Shown here: piece after piece, positions 33,187-44,954 of the stretch
How positions within the stretch are numbered: the first letter of the stretch is position 1
How the letters are laid out: every line of letters begins with the position of its first letter
Assembly (NCBI GenBank): GCA_025558095.1
Contig: JAIVFI010000004.1
Span: forward strand, 124,001 to 188,000
From: Hyaloraphidium curvatum SAG 235-1
Lineage: Eukaryota; Fungi; Monoblepharomycota
Direction of reading: 5' to 3'
Length of the DNA stretch: 64,000 nt
Notes under the pieces: generated by a model
The model's input: only the letters and a program-made list of their open reading frames with translations
What the model was told of the DNA's origin: nothing
Databases searched by the model: none
Position numbers and translations under genes: made by a program

Positions 33187-36100
33187 TTATCCCGCTCTTT
33201 CTTTCAACCATGCCTTGAAGATTGCGTCCCGGAAAGCGAGCCCGAGGCTCCGCGCCAGCGGCACAGGGACCTGTCGCGGCGGCACCGATCAGCCGGCCAT
33301 CAAACCCACAGCAGAGCCGAAACCTACAGCGTTGCCGATCTGCTTGATCATTTCGTCGATCCTGATGCGGCCCCACTGGTCCTTGCGGGCGTGGAACTGC
33401 ACCCGATCGGGGAAGCCGTGCCCCCGTGCGAGCTCGCGCACCGTGTAGGTCCGCCGCTGCGCCGGGTGCATGATGGCCCTGCAGCGACCACAAAGCATCA
33501 TCAATCGGCGTCAAACGGGATGCCAAGGCACGCCTACCCCTGCTTCTGGCCCGGGTTCAGCGTCGTCGTGGTGGTCGGAAAGCAGCCCAGCATGCCAACG
33601 CGGCCGAACATCCCCTTCCATTTCCAGGAATGGGGATGGACGATCACGCCCAATTCTCTCGGATGCACTGCGCGGCATGACGGTCGGAATCAGCTGATGG
33701 GAACCCCGAGCGGCCGCCGGACCCACTTCTCGAGCTCGCGCCGGGCATCAGCGGCACCTTGCACAGCTTCTCGACCAGCTCCGGAGACGCGAACCCCTTG
33801 GCCAGGTGGCCCTTGACGAGCTCGGGGGCCCCCTTGCGCGCCAGCCGCTGGAAGTTGGTCTTGGGCGCGCTGCGGTACGCGGCATCCTCGGAACCAGCGA
33901 AGCCGAGCTGGTCCGTCTCCTGCGTCGTGTACGCGCGGTAGAAGGGCCTGTTGGGCAAGGCATCCATGACGAGACCCGGATCCTCGTACTCGAAGCCGGG
34001 CAGGTCAGAGATGGCGGCCAGCACAGTCGTCCGCTGGTGCGGAGCGCAGCAGGACCCATCGGCCTCGGCGTTGGCCACGAATTTCATCTTGTTGTGCCCT
34101 TCGCCGATCTGCAGATCTTCGTCCCACTTCTTGGGGATGTCGAAGACGGTCGTCGGGTGCGGGAATTCGGGCATGATACCGTGCGCGCCGGGCCGCCACG
34201 CCATCACGAACAAACGATTCCGGCCCTGCGCGACATCGTAGCGGCCGGCCTGGAGCAAGCCCATCCGCACACATAAGCCGCGGTCGAGGCAGAACCTGAC
34301 GATGAACTTGAGGACCCCGCTGCGGATGCCGCCCTTCATCTTTGTGCCCGCCATGGTTCCTCCAGGAGAGAACTCCGCCAGGGCCGGCACGTTCTCCAGC
34401 AGGAAGCCCTTGAACTTGGACGAGCAGGCGTAGAGATCGACGTAGGAAAGGAACACGGCGATCATGGCACCGTTCGGGTCGTCGACCTTCTTGTTTTGGT
34501 TGAGTTTGGAGTACGGCGTGCACGGTGGCCCAGCGGCGGTGAATTCGACCTCGCCGATCCTCGGCATGTCCGACGTGACGTCGTCGTTGCCCAGCACGTC
34601 CCGGCCCCAGACCTCTTCGAGCGTCCTCCGGGCGTCCTCGTTGATCACGATGGCTTCCGGAAAGACGGACGCGAAGGTCGCCGCGGCCGACGGATTGACC
34701 TCGACCGCCCACTTGGTCGCAAAGACGCCACTCTCCTCCAACCCAAGATCCAAACCACCCGCCCCCGAGTAGGCTCCGAGCCCGGCAAGAGGCTCGTGGG
34801 CCGCGCGAAACTCCCGCTCGAGCCTTTGCTGCTCCTCGATCAACCTCATCCGCCTCCGGCTGAACGGCAGATCGGCGCGCGTAGCCCGCCTGCAGAGGTC
34901 CACGTCCAATAGCTTCTTGTCGTACCAAAAGTTGTGAACCAACTCGTCCTTGTACCTGTCCAGGTTCCTGACGTCGTCACGATGCACGACACGGCACACG
35001 CCCATAATTCGAGTGAGCGCACGAGGGAACGAGCCCCACACCCTGACCATCAGCTCCCGCTCGTCGAACGCGGCATGATCTTCCGGAACATCGTCGGGTC
35101 CCTGTTCCAGGACAAGCATCTCGTTGTGCCACGAGATCGACGGCTCGAAATCGCACGCCCGATCGAGCGATATGCCGCGCACCACGCTGCCCGGCGCCAC
35201 GGGCTCCCTGTCCACCGTCACCGGCCCCAGGTTGTCGACCGCGGCAAAGCTCTCGTCCTCAGCGCCGCCCTCCTCGAAGTTCGTGATGGCCATAATGTCG
35301 AACGGCATGTCTGGCAACTCCGGCTGCAAGTACACAGTGTCGTGGAGGTATACGTCGATCCCCCGGACCCGCACGCCCACGATCCGCTTCCTATCGTCCC
35401 GGATCCAGTAGGCCAGTCGGGAGGCGTGATGGGCCTCCTTCGCTTCGCAGCAGGAACAGGCTGCTGCTGTCGCGTTGGAAGGGTCCACGGGGGCCGGAGC
35501 GACTGTGAAGCACAGCTCCTTCTCAGAGCTCGTGTACCGGTAGAACATCGGCCCCAGGTTCGCCGGCTCGGTCGGATCGTCCTGGGGCCAGGGGTCGTCG
35601 GCCCAATCCGGCACAGAGGACTGGAGGAGGGAAGCGCGAAGCAGCGAGGAATCCGACGGATCGTCGACGGGTGCAGGAGGTGGGATGAATCGGACGTCGG
35701 CGACGCCGGAGACGGTGTCCTTTGCCATTGTTGGATCAGGAGGCTGCCCTCGGGCAACGAAATGTGACGCTTACCGCCTCGATGTCGCCGCACGACTGCT
35801 TGCTCAGTGGGTCCAGCACCACCAGCTCCCTCGGCGGCGCGAGCTCCTGTAGCGCAGTCGTCGAAGCTGGATTGAACCAACGCACGTGGAGGTACTTGCG
35901 ACCCCGTTCCTCGAACAGATACGCGACGCGGCCGATCCACGATACTCGGCTCTCGGCGGCGACGACGACATCGGTCTCGGCGCGGATCTTGACGATCTTG
36001 TCGGGCCACCCATCCGACAGGTGCAGTTCGGCGTAGTAGGTCCTGTTTTTTCCGGTCGAGAGGGGCCCACCGACCCACTTCATGTCCAGATCCAGTCCCC

Positions 36101-37551
36101 ACCCTGCGAAAGGCGGGGTTTCCGGCATGGAGTAAGGGGCACTCGCCGACGCGGAATCTCCACCGGGAAGAGACACCGTGCTGAGCAAGGTCAGCGGCAG
36201 CAAGCGCCACATGTTCATGAAGTATGAACCCACTTGGCAAACATGCCACGGTGAAGAGCCTTGACGCGAGGCGTCACCGCCGACGTCTTCCGATGGCGTT
36301 CCTTCTTGAGGTCCCTGTCGAGGCCGGATCCGGGACCCCGCGCGCGCCGAATGCCGCGCGAGACCCTCTTCCCGGCCAACCTCTCAAGGGCCACGAGCAG
36401 CGGGGGTCGCGACTTGGAGAGGTCGAGATCCGGGCATGCCCGCCCCTCGGTGATCTCCTGGACGACCTGAAACGGCCGTCAAAGTGGTTCGCAGACGACT
36501 GGCGACGTCCAACTCGAACCTCTTCGACAATCAACGCTGCATGGGCCTTCAGATCGTCAGCGTCCAGAGCAAGCGGGTAGTACCGCTCATCGTCTGTCGT
36601 GCGGTCGCCAGTCGGAAGCTCTTCGAGACCCGGGATTCGGAAAGGGTCCCCAAGGCAGTGCTGCAAGGGCATGTCAGGAAAGCAGCAGCATCGGCTAATG
36701 TTATAGTCATGCGCTGACCTCGATGAACTCGTCGAGTTCGGTATCGGGAGCAAATGTCAACACCATGAGTACTCTCCAAGTCAACCTCGCCGCCTTGGCG
36801 AGCGGCCGGTAGTAGGGTTCGTAGCGTTCGTGCGGTTTGACAAGGAGCAGCCAGGAGAACGCGGTCCTGACCCAGACTTGGGCGCCCCTGGCGCGGAAGT
36901 CCAACGAGTAGTAAAATGGCGAAGACGATTGCACGTAGATGCGCTGAGGGGGCTCCGAAGCAGACGTCGCGCTTCCGCCCGAGTCCGATTCGTCGTCCGA
37001 GTCCTCGACGGTCTCGTCCACAACATCGTCCGTCTGCCAAAGCGCGAAATTAGCAAACAGCAGAGGAGCCGCCGGCTCCGTTGACCCACTGCACCGTTCG
37101 AATTGGTCAGAAGCGGATACATCCATCCCTCCAAGACCACATTCCATGACTTATGGCTCCGCTTCGTACCCAGGTCGGCAATGCGTCTCATGAAGTTGTC
37201 GTTCGCCAGGTCGAAAAGGGCAAACTCGAAGAACCCCCTGCATGGCAGTGGTGCATCCTCTCCAGGCGGAAGAGCCTCCAGCTCCGCCGCGCGCTCCTCG
37301 AGTCCCGGTTCGCGGTCGAGCACAAGGTCCTCCGTCTCCATGACGGCGCCAAGGACCGGGCTCCAAGGTTCGTCCTCTGGAGACGCGTGAACGCGTTTCG
37401 CCGGCCGCCTTTGGCGGGTCGACGGCGGCGTCGGGGACCCGTCCCGTTTGCGCTTCTGCGATCCCCCCTGGCTCGAGCTGAGCGCGTCCGATTGGCGCCG
37501 CGCGCGGCGAAGGCGCGCTGGCCGCGCCGAATGGTCGCCATCGGAGTCCAT
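33187..37551 (-). CDS. DNMT1: DNMT1-family C5 DNA cytosine methyltransferase (RFTS-like, BAH domains, catalytic domain), multi-exon
   Basis: RFTS-like VWVRTAFSWLLLVKPHERYEPYY; BAH LHVRWF; motif I YSGAGG, IV GPPC, VI LLENV, VIII QGRNR; spliced KGMFGRV..KQGAIMHPAQRRTYTVRELARGHGFPD and QIGNA|VPVPLA ending at TAA 33187. Confidence 0.88.
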
Positions 37552-37901
37552 CGGGCGTGATGCGGCCCCGTGGGCGCGTGGGACGGCTGGCGGATTTTAG
37601 GACCTACTCCCCCCGCGTCTGTTCAGGCTCGAAGGAAGCCCCAACTGGACAGTTTCCGATCTGCTGATTACGCTTATGGGGAACTTCCACTTGCAGATGA
37701 CTTCAAAGTGGCTTGAAACTCATGGCCGAACGGTGAAAACCTTAGAAAGGAAGAAGGTAGAGCAAATCTCTTCGACCAGCATGCTAAGGCAAATTGTATC
37801 TACAACGACTGTTTCCGACGTCCATGTGACGAGATTCGTGTGACGAGTTCGCGGCCAACATTGGTCCGGTCTCCAACGGGCTGCAAGTGGGCATGCCTCC
37901 T

Positions 37902-38375
37902 TCAGAACGCAAAGTCGGCGCTGAAGCAAGCCACCCGTTTCCCAGCGGCCTCCATCCTCACGTCCGCGACGAAGCGGCCCGGAGGAATCACCGCCGGCAG
38001 GTCGATTTCCTTGACCCATTCCTTGTCGCCCGCACCGATGGGGCAGGTCTCGGAAAACTCCCCGGCAAGGTCGCAGAGTTGAAATTGCTTCTTCAGAATC
38101 GTAATGTAGCGTCCCAGCTTTACGTTCACATCCACTGTTGCACCCTGCCCGACGGGCTCGAGAACCCGGCCCTTCACCACGACCCGCAGAGGCTGGCCCT
38201 TCGCAGGCGGATCCGGTTGGAGGGTGATGGAGTCCAGCTGGAACAGGTCCGTGTCGATGCCGCACGACTGTACGGTGGTGCTGGTCGCGGGCTGCCCGAT
38301 GGGGATCTGCTCGGCGGAGACGCCGGCGAGTGCGGCCAATGCCGCGAGGCAGGCAAGCAGCAGGCGGGTGCGCAT
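37902..38375 (-). CDS. NPC2: ML-domain lipid-binding protein (NPC2 / PG-PI transfer protein-like)
   Basis: Signal peptide, SCG..DLFQLDSITLQPDPPAKGQPL, VKLG, LCD..CPI, IPPGRF, VACF. Confidence 0.88.
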   Translation of the reverse strand: MRTRLLLACLAALAALAGVSAEQIPIGQPATSTTVQSCGIDTDLFQLDSITLQPDPPAKGQPLRVVVKGRVLEPVGQGATVDVNVKLGRYITILKKQFQLCDLAGEFSETCPIGAGDKEWVKEIDLPAVIPPGRFVADVRMEAAGKRVACFSADFAF

Positions 38376-38958
38376 TGTGCGGGGGGCGGACGCGGCTCGC
38401 GGCGGCGGGCGGCGTGCAGATTTCGGTGTTTGCCGGACGTCCGCGCGGTGGGCGGCCGGGGGCGGGCCCGCGATGCGTGTGCTTTCGGACCGGGGTGTTC
38501 GGGCTGTTGGATCGGGCTTCACTGACTTGCGCGGCGCAGCACCGGAGGGAGGGCCGGACTGCACCCAGGACCGTCCCGGCGACCTTCCGAATCGCCGATC
38601 TGCTATGGGAATGAGATCTAGATGCCATCCCCCCCTGGAAAAAGCTGCTCGTGGCCACCCACCGCAGCCGATCGCGGTCACATGTTCGTACTCTGCACGC
38701 CAAGGACGAAGGACGCTCAATCCAAAGATCGGACCCTTGACACGGCTGCAGGTACTTCGTGATGTACAGCAGCATTAGTCAATATGCTATTCCCAAGCCA
38801 TCGTTGGGACTTACGCAACGATGCTTGCGAAGCGCGGAAACTTTGGCGGGATCGGGTGAACACTTCCCCCTCACCTCGTCGCGCCACAGGACATCTTCTC
38901 TCCCCGAGGACCGCCACCAGCGCACCCGCGATTGCAATTCTGAGTTGCCCGGGAGAGC

Positions 38959-41900
38959 ATGGCGTCCCCCGTGGAGCCCGGGGCGGTGGTCGACGCCGGC
39001 CCTGGTCATGAAAGCGATTCGGACGGGACCCACTCCACCGCCGGCAACGAGGCCTCCGACGCCGAAGTGCCGGCCGCCGCGAAGGCAGAGGAGGTGCCGG
39101 CTGCCGTGAAGGACGAAGTAATCCACGAGCTGGAGCAGGAGATTCCCGGGAACCCTGTGGTTCTGGCGGCGGCAGAGGCCGGGGTCAAATCGGTGGGTCA
39201 CGTTCTTCCGCCGAACCCCTGTCCGGTCTAAAGGACTTTGGGCTGACCCGGTCTGCTCGGAACTCTGCAGGAGGGTTTCTTTGCGAGGTTCCGGAGAGGG
39301 AAGGGCGGCCCGCCGAAGGAAAAGCCCGAGACCGTGTCCTTCATATCCCTATTCCGCTTCGGGACGACTTCGGACAGGATGCTGACGATTTTGGGCCTGT
39401 GCTCCGCCCTCGCGTCGGGCGCCGCCATGCCCTACATGTCTGTCATCATGGGGGACGTGACCAACGCCATCATCTCGTTCCAGTACAACCCGCCCGTGCC
39501 CATCCCCCCCGGCCGCCCGGGGTCGGCCGAGTACCTGGAATCGGAAATCGCCCGCGGCGCTATCGGATTCACCATCCTCGGTTGCGTCTCCTTCGTTACC
39601 GCGTACATCATGTACGCGTCGCTCCAGATTTCCGCCATCCGGCAGACGAAGCGGATGCGGGACGCCTATTTCTTGGCGATTTTGAGACAGGACGTGGGCT
39701 GGCATGACCAGGGGATGACCGGGGAGCTGACGGCCCGGCTGACGGCGGACGTGAACCTGGTGCAGGAGGGCATCGGGGAGAAGCTCGGCGTCATCGTGCA
39801 GAGTCTCGGCGGCTTCCTCACGGGCTTCATCAGTGCGTGAAGCGCTTCAGTCGTATTCACCTTGTGGAGCTCACCAACCGTGCCCGCAGTTGCCTTTACG
39901 CGCGGATGGCAGCTCTCTTTGATTCTCCTCTGCGTGTTCCCGCTTATTGGTGTCGCGGGCCGCCTGATGGCCGGCCAGCTCACGAAGCGCACCAAGCTCG
40001 CGCAAGACGCCTACGGCGATGCCGGCGGCGTTGCAGAGCAGGCCATTGGCTCCGTGCGGACGGTCCAGGCCTTTTCTGGCGAGCAGCGGGAGGTCGACCG
40101 CTACGAGGCGAAGATCAAGGTCGGGTTGGACCACGGGATCAAGATCGGGTTCATCACCGGAGTCGGCATCGGCAGCATTTTCGCCATCATGTTCTGCGTC
40201 TACGGGCTCGCGTTCTGGTACGGCTCCACCCTCATTCTGGCTGGGACGTACAATGGCGGGCAGGTGCTCAACGTCTTTTTCGGTGAGCCTTCTCCGATGC
40301 TAGTGTTCCATGCCCGACGTTCATCGCGCAAACTCCAGCTCTCATGATTGGTGTCTTTTCAATCCTCGGCATGGCACCGAACATCTCCGCCCTCTACACC
40401 GCCCAGGGCGCCGCGGTCAAGATCCACAAGACCGTGGACCGCAAGAGCCCCATCGATCCCCTCGATCCCTCGGGCACCAAGCCCTCGCCCATCGTCGGCA
40501 ACATCTCCTTCTCCAACGTCAACTTCCGCTACCCCAGCCGCCCCGACGTCCAGGTTCTCGAGAACTTCTCCTTGGACATCAAGGCCGGGACTAAAGTAGC
40601 CCTCGTGGGCAGTTCCGGGTCTGGCAAATCCACCATCGTGAAGCTCCTCGAGCGCTTCTACGATCCGGAGAGCGGTTCGATCACCCTAGACTCGAACGAG
40701 CTGCGCTCGATCAACGTCCGTTACTTGCGGCAGCAGTTCGGCATCGTCTCGCAGGTGAGAGAGGAATCAAAGGGCCAGCTGGACTGTCTTCTAACCCCGA
40801 CGCCGCTACGATCCCAGGAACCGACGCTGTTCGACTGTACGATCAGGGAGAACGTGCTCCTCGGCCTCCCCGACGCCTCCCTCCACTCCAAGGAGGCGCT
40901 GGACGAGCTCGTCCACCGCGCGATCAAGATCGCCAACGCCGACTTTGTGTACAAGCTGCCCGAGGGGCTCGACTCGCAGGTCGGCGAGCGCGGTATACAG
41001 GTCAGCGGAGGGCAGAAGCAGCGCATCGCCATTGCCCGCGCCATCATCAGCAACCCGCCTATACTGCTCCTCGACGAGGCGACAGCTGCCCTTGAGTACG
41101 TTCTCCGGTCTCTTTGACCATCTCCGACTTTCTGATCATCTTTTGCCACGCAGCACCGCCTCCGAACGCCTTGTTCAGCGAGCGCTTGACGAGGCCGCCA
41201 AGGGCCGCACTTCGATTGTCGTTGCGCACCGTCTTTCGACGATCCGGGACAGCAACGCCATCTATGTCATGTCGCGCGGCAAGATCGTCGAGTCGGGCAC
41301 GCACGAGGAACTGGTGGCTCGCGGTGGTGCCTATGCGGACCTGGTCAAGGCTCAGGAGATCCGCACGTCGGCGGAGGTCCACGACGAAGAGGACCCGGAG
41401 GAGGAAGAGCTGCCCCAGCAGCTCATGCCGCCCGCCAACCCCTTGCGGCGCGCGTCGACAGCTCCCATTTCGATAAAGGACCGGCGGGTCTCATCGAACG
41501 TTCTTTCGGACACCGACACCGAGACGGCGATTCCCATGGATCCTCTGACGGATGTGAACGTGGCCCCTGGTGTCACGACGGTCAAGTCGATGACCGCTTC
41601 GTCGATTGCCTCGGCCGACCCTCCACCAGCAGAGGAGAAAAAGGGCATCTTGGCGCTGGGCGACCTTTTCAAAAAGGACCCGAAGAGTGGCAACGTGTGG
41701 TTGCGGGTCGTGAAGCTCAACAAGCCCGAAACGAAGTACTTGCTCATTGGGACGGCCGGCGCCGCTGGATCCGGTGCCGTCATGCCGCTGTGGGGTCTCA
41801 TCTTTTCGAGCATGCTCACGACGTTCGGCAAGGCACGGTTCTGACTTGCTTGGAGTTCCTTTTTGTGCTAACTAGTGTTTCCAGACCGGACAAGAGCTGC

Positions 41901-43877
41901 AGGATGGAGCCCGGTTCTGGGCCCTGATGTTCCTCTGCCTCGGCATCTTCCAAGTAGGTTTGCCTGGCTGGCTTGCGAGCCTTCATTGACTGGCCCACAG
42001 TTCATCACCTTCTTCTTAAACATCTCCTTCTTCACCATGTCCGGCGAACTCCTCACCATGCGCATGAGGCTCATGTGCTACAAGTCGATCCTCCGGCAAA
42101 ACATCGGCTGGTTCGACGACGAGAAGCAGAGCACCGGCACGCTCACCGCCAAGCTCGCCGACGACGCCACCCAGGTCAAGGGGCTGTTTGGGCAGCTCCT
42201 GGGCTCGCTGGTGCAGAGCCTGGTCACGACCGCCGTCGGCATCGGGCTCGCGATGTGGTATGGTTGGAAGCTGGCCTTCATCATCCTCGCGACCATCCCC
42301 ATCGTCGCCTTTGCGGGGTACCTGCAATTCAAGACCCAGGTTGGGCTCATAATGCGTTGCGCGGCAACCATTGCTGACGCCAAATGCTTTTGTAGCACAA
42401 GTTTGGTCAGGTTTCCAAGACTTCTTACGAGGAGAGCAACACCGTTCCGACGGAAGCGATCTCGAACGTTCGCACGGTCGCGACGATCACGAAAGAAGAG
42501 GTTCGTCGGTACCACAATGCACTCGCGCAAGTGCTAAACCCTGATCCCCCTAGCACTTCTTCGAGGAATACAAGCGCGAGATGCTTCCCAGCTACGACAA
42601 GGCCATCCACGGCGTCCTTGTCTCGTCGCTTGGCCAAGGCTTCAGCAACGGCGCCCGCATGTTCGTCAACGCGTTGGCCTACTGGGTCGGCGCAAAGGTG
42701 AGCTTTCGTTTTGTCGCTCGATGTCGAAGCTGATTGCAAGCGGCGCAGTTCATGATTTCGGGAGAGTATGACGCCCAGAGCGTGCAGGGTGTCATCTTCA
42801 CCATCCTTTTCATGGTGAGTAGTCCAAAGCCCTGTGGTGCTGCTTCGAGTTCTCATGCGGTCTTTTAGGCCATGGGTCTCGCTCAGGCAACTCAAAACGC
42901 CCCGAGCATCACCAAGGCCAAGCTCGCCGCCATCTCCATTTTCCAGATCGTCGACCGCACCCCCGAGATCGACGCCACGAACCCCTCCGGCCTCTCGCCG
43001 ACCTCGGTCAAGGGCCAGGTCAACTTCGAGTCCGTGGAGTTTGCCTACCCGACCCGGCCGCTGGAGATGATCCTCAAGGGGTTGGACCTGGAGGCGAAGC
43101 CGGGACAGACGGTTGCCCTTGTGGGACCCAGGTGAGGCCGGCCGGAGCTGATGTTTCCAAATACTTGCTCACCTATTGCTGCAGTGGTTGCGGCAAATCG
43201 ACGACGGTGGGGCTCATCGAACGCTTCTACGACGTCGGCGCCGGGAGCGTGCGGGTGGAGTCGACCGACGTCCGCGAGTGGAACCTCCAAAGCCTACGGC
43301 ATTCTCTGGCCATAGTGTCTCAAGAACCTATTGTGTTCGAGGGAACAATCGCCGAAAACATCGCCTACGGCCTCCCGGAGCGTGCGGCGACCATGGACGA
43401 GATCGTTGCCGCGGCCAAGCTCGCCAACATCCACACCACCGTCGAGTCCCTGCCCAAGGGCTACGAGACGTCGGTCGGCGAGGGCGGAGCGCTCCTTAGC
43501 GGAGGCCAGAAACAGCGCGTTGCGATCGCGCGGGCTCTGGTGCGGCAGCCCAAGATCCTGTTGTTGGACGAGGCGACGGCCGCTTTGGAGTGGGTCCCCG
43601 TCGGTGCAAGCACGGTCCTTGTTTTTCTGACTTGCCTTCCCGCAGTTCGCAATCGGAAAAGGTCGTGCAGGCCGCGCTGGATGCCGCGGCGGCGGGACGG
43701 ACGACGCTCTCGATCGCCCACCGGCTATCGACGATCCAGGGGGCGGACATGATCCTCGTCTTCCAGGCCGGCAAGATCGTGGAGCGCGGCAAGCACATGG
43801 AGCTGTACAACCAGAAGGGCTTCTATTACGAGCTCGTAGTGCAGCAGCAGCTCGGCACTTCCAAGGACCCAAGGTGA
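38959..43877 (+). CDS. Full-size ABCB (MDR/P-glycoprotein-like) transporter, many introns
   Basis: Two TMD-NBD halves: [32 protein letters not shown]; then GP|[29 protein letters not shown]. Confidence 0.95.
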
Positions 43878-43998
43878 CATTTAGATTGACGATGGCAACT
43901 CTGACGCGTGTTGAGTGTATTGAATGGCGAACATCGATGATTTACTGCAACGGCGATCGACATCCATACTCACGCGAGACGCACATCGAATCCTGGAG

Positions 43999-44778
43999 TT
44001 ACACCCTCCCGAACCTCAAACCGTCTAGCTCGAGCTCGCCTCCGCGAAGCAAGAACTGTGCCCTCCTCTCACCTCCGTCCTCCGGCCGGAACTCGATCCA
44101 GCCTTCGTCCACAACCCTCCAGCTCCCACTCTCGGCTTCGCTGCGCACGCTGCTCCCGCCCAGCCCCGGGACGTTGATCGAGACGAGCGACTCGGCCCGC
44201 GACTCGTAGCTCCCATCCCCCGAGAGCATGAGCCTGGTCTCGGACGAGTATCCGCCCGAGCCGTCGTAGCCAGTGCCGCCGCGGTAGCTGTCCGAGGTCC
44301 ACCAGCGTCCGACCAGGGCGGTCGGATTGGGTGGGGGTTGGCGTGCTGAAACCACCCCGGCGCGCGCGAGGAGCGAGTTCACGTCCGCATCGGTGATGGT
44401 CACGGCCGGGCTCTTGCCCCGCTTTCGCTTCGCCGGCTTTTCCGGGGCAGGTGGTCTGTCGGGAGACGCCGACGGCCCAGACGCGTTCGAGACTCCTCGC
44501 TTCAGCACAGTGCGCCCTCCAAACAGCCCTCCATCAACCTCCAGAGCGTCCTCTCCAGCATATGCGTACTCGAACTCGTGCGCAGAGCCGTCGTCGGCCT
44601 TCAATCGGAGGATCCCCGTGCCTGGCGCCGACTCTTCCGCCGCGAACGAGCCCCGCGATTCGGACGGGTCGCGCAGCGCGTAGGTGCCCGAAAGCGCGTC
44701 GGATGCGGCCGGGACGAGCTCCAGGGTGCCGAGCTTCGGCATGCCGGGGACACGGAACGTCCAGCGGCCCGCAAGCAT
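43999..44778 (-). CDS. Uncharacterised protein with two small beta-rich (lipocalin-like, GxW-starting) domains
   Basis: 259 aa intronless ORF; LAGRWTF and LVGRWWT...LSGDGSYE...ESGSWRV; basic linker KPAKRKRGK. Confidence 0.55.
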   Translation of the reverse strand: MLAGRWTFRVPGMPKLGTLELVPAASDALSGTYALRDPSESRGSFAAEESAPGTGILRLKADDGSAHEFEYAYAGEDALEVDGGLFGGRTVLKRGVSNASGPSASPDRPPAPEKPAKRKRGKSPAVTITDADVNSLLARAGVVSARQPPPNPTALVGRWWTSDSYRGGTGYDGSGGYSSETRLMLSGDGSYESRAESLVSINVPGLGGSSVRSEAESGSWRVVDEGWIEFRPEDGGERRAQFLLRGGELELDGLRFGRV

Positions 44779-44954
44779 GTTGACAGATTGTCTCCCTCGA
44801 TCAGATCACAATCGATCACACCCGCCGCGCGTGTGTTGTGGGCGGCTCCTCACGCACCGTCACCGCTCGACCCCCGGCTCAAGCTCGAGCGAAGCAGCTG
44901 CCGAGCACCGGACTCGCTTTGGAACAGTGTGCGTTCCGCGAAAATCGGGCCGCG

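Noticed and set aside
33271-33330. Apparent mutated DNMT motif X (GNAVGF) and early stop at 33289
   Set aside because: An intron at 33271-33327 restores canonical GNAVPVPLA and a normal C-terminus.
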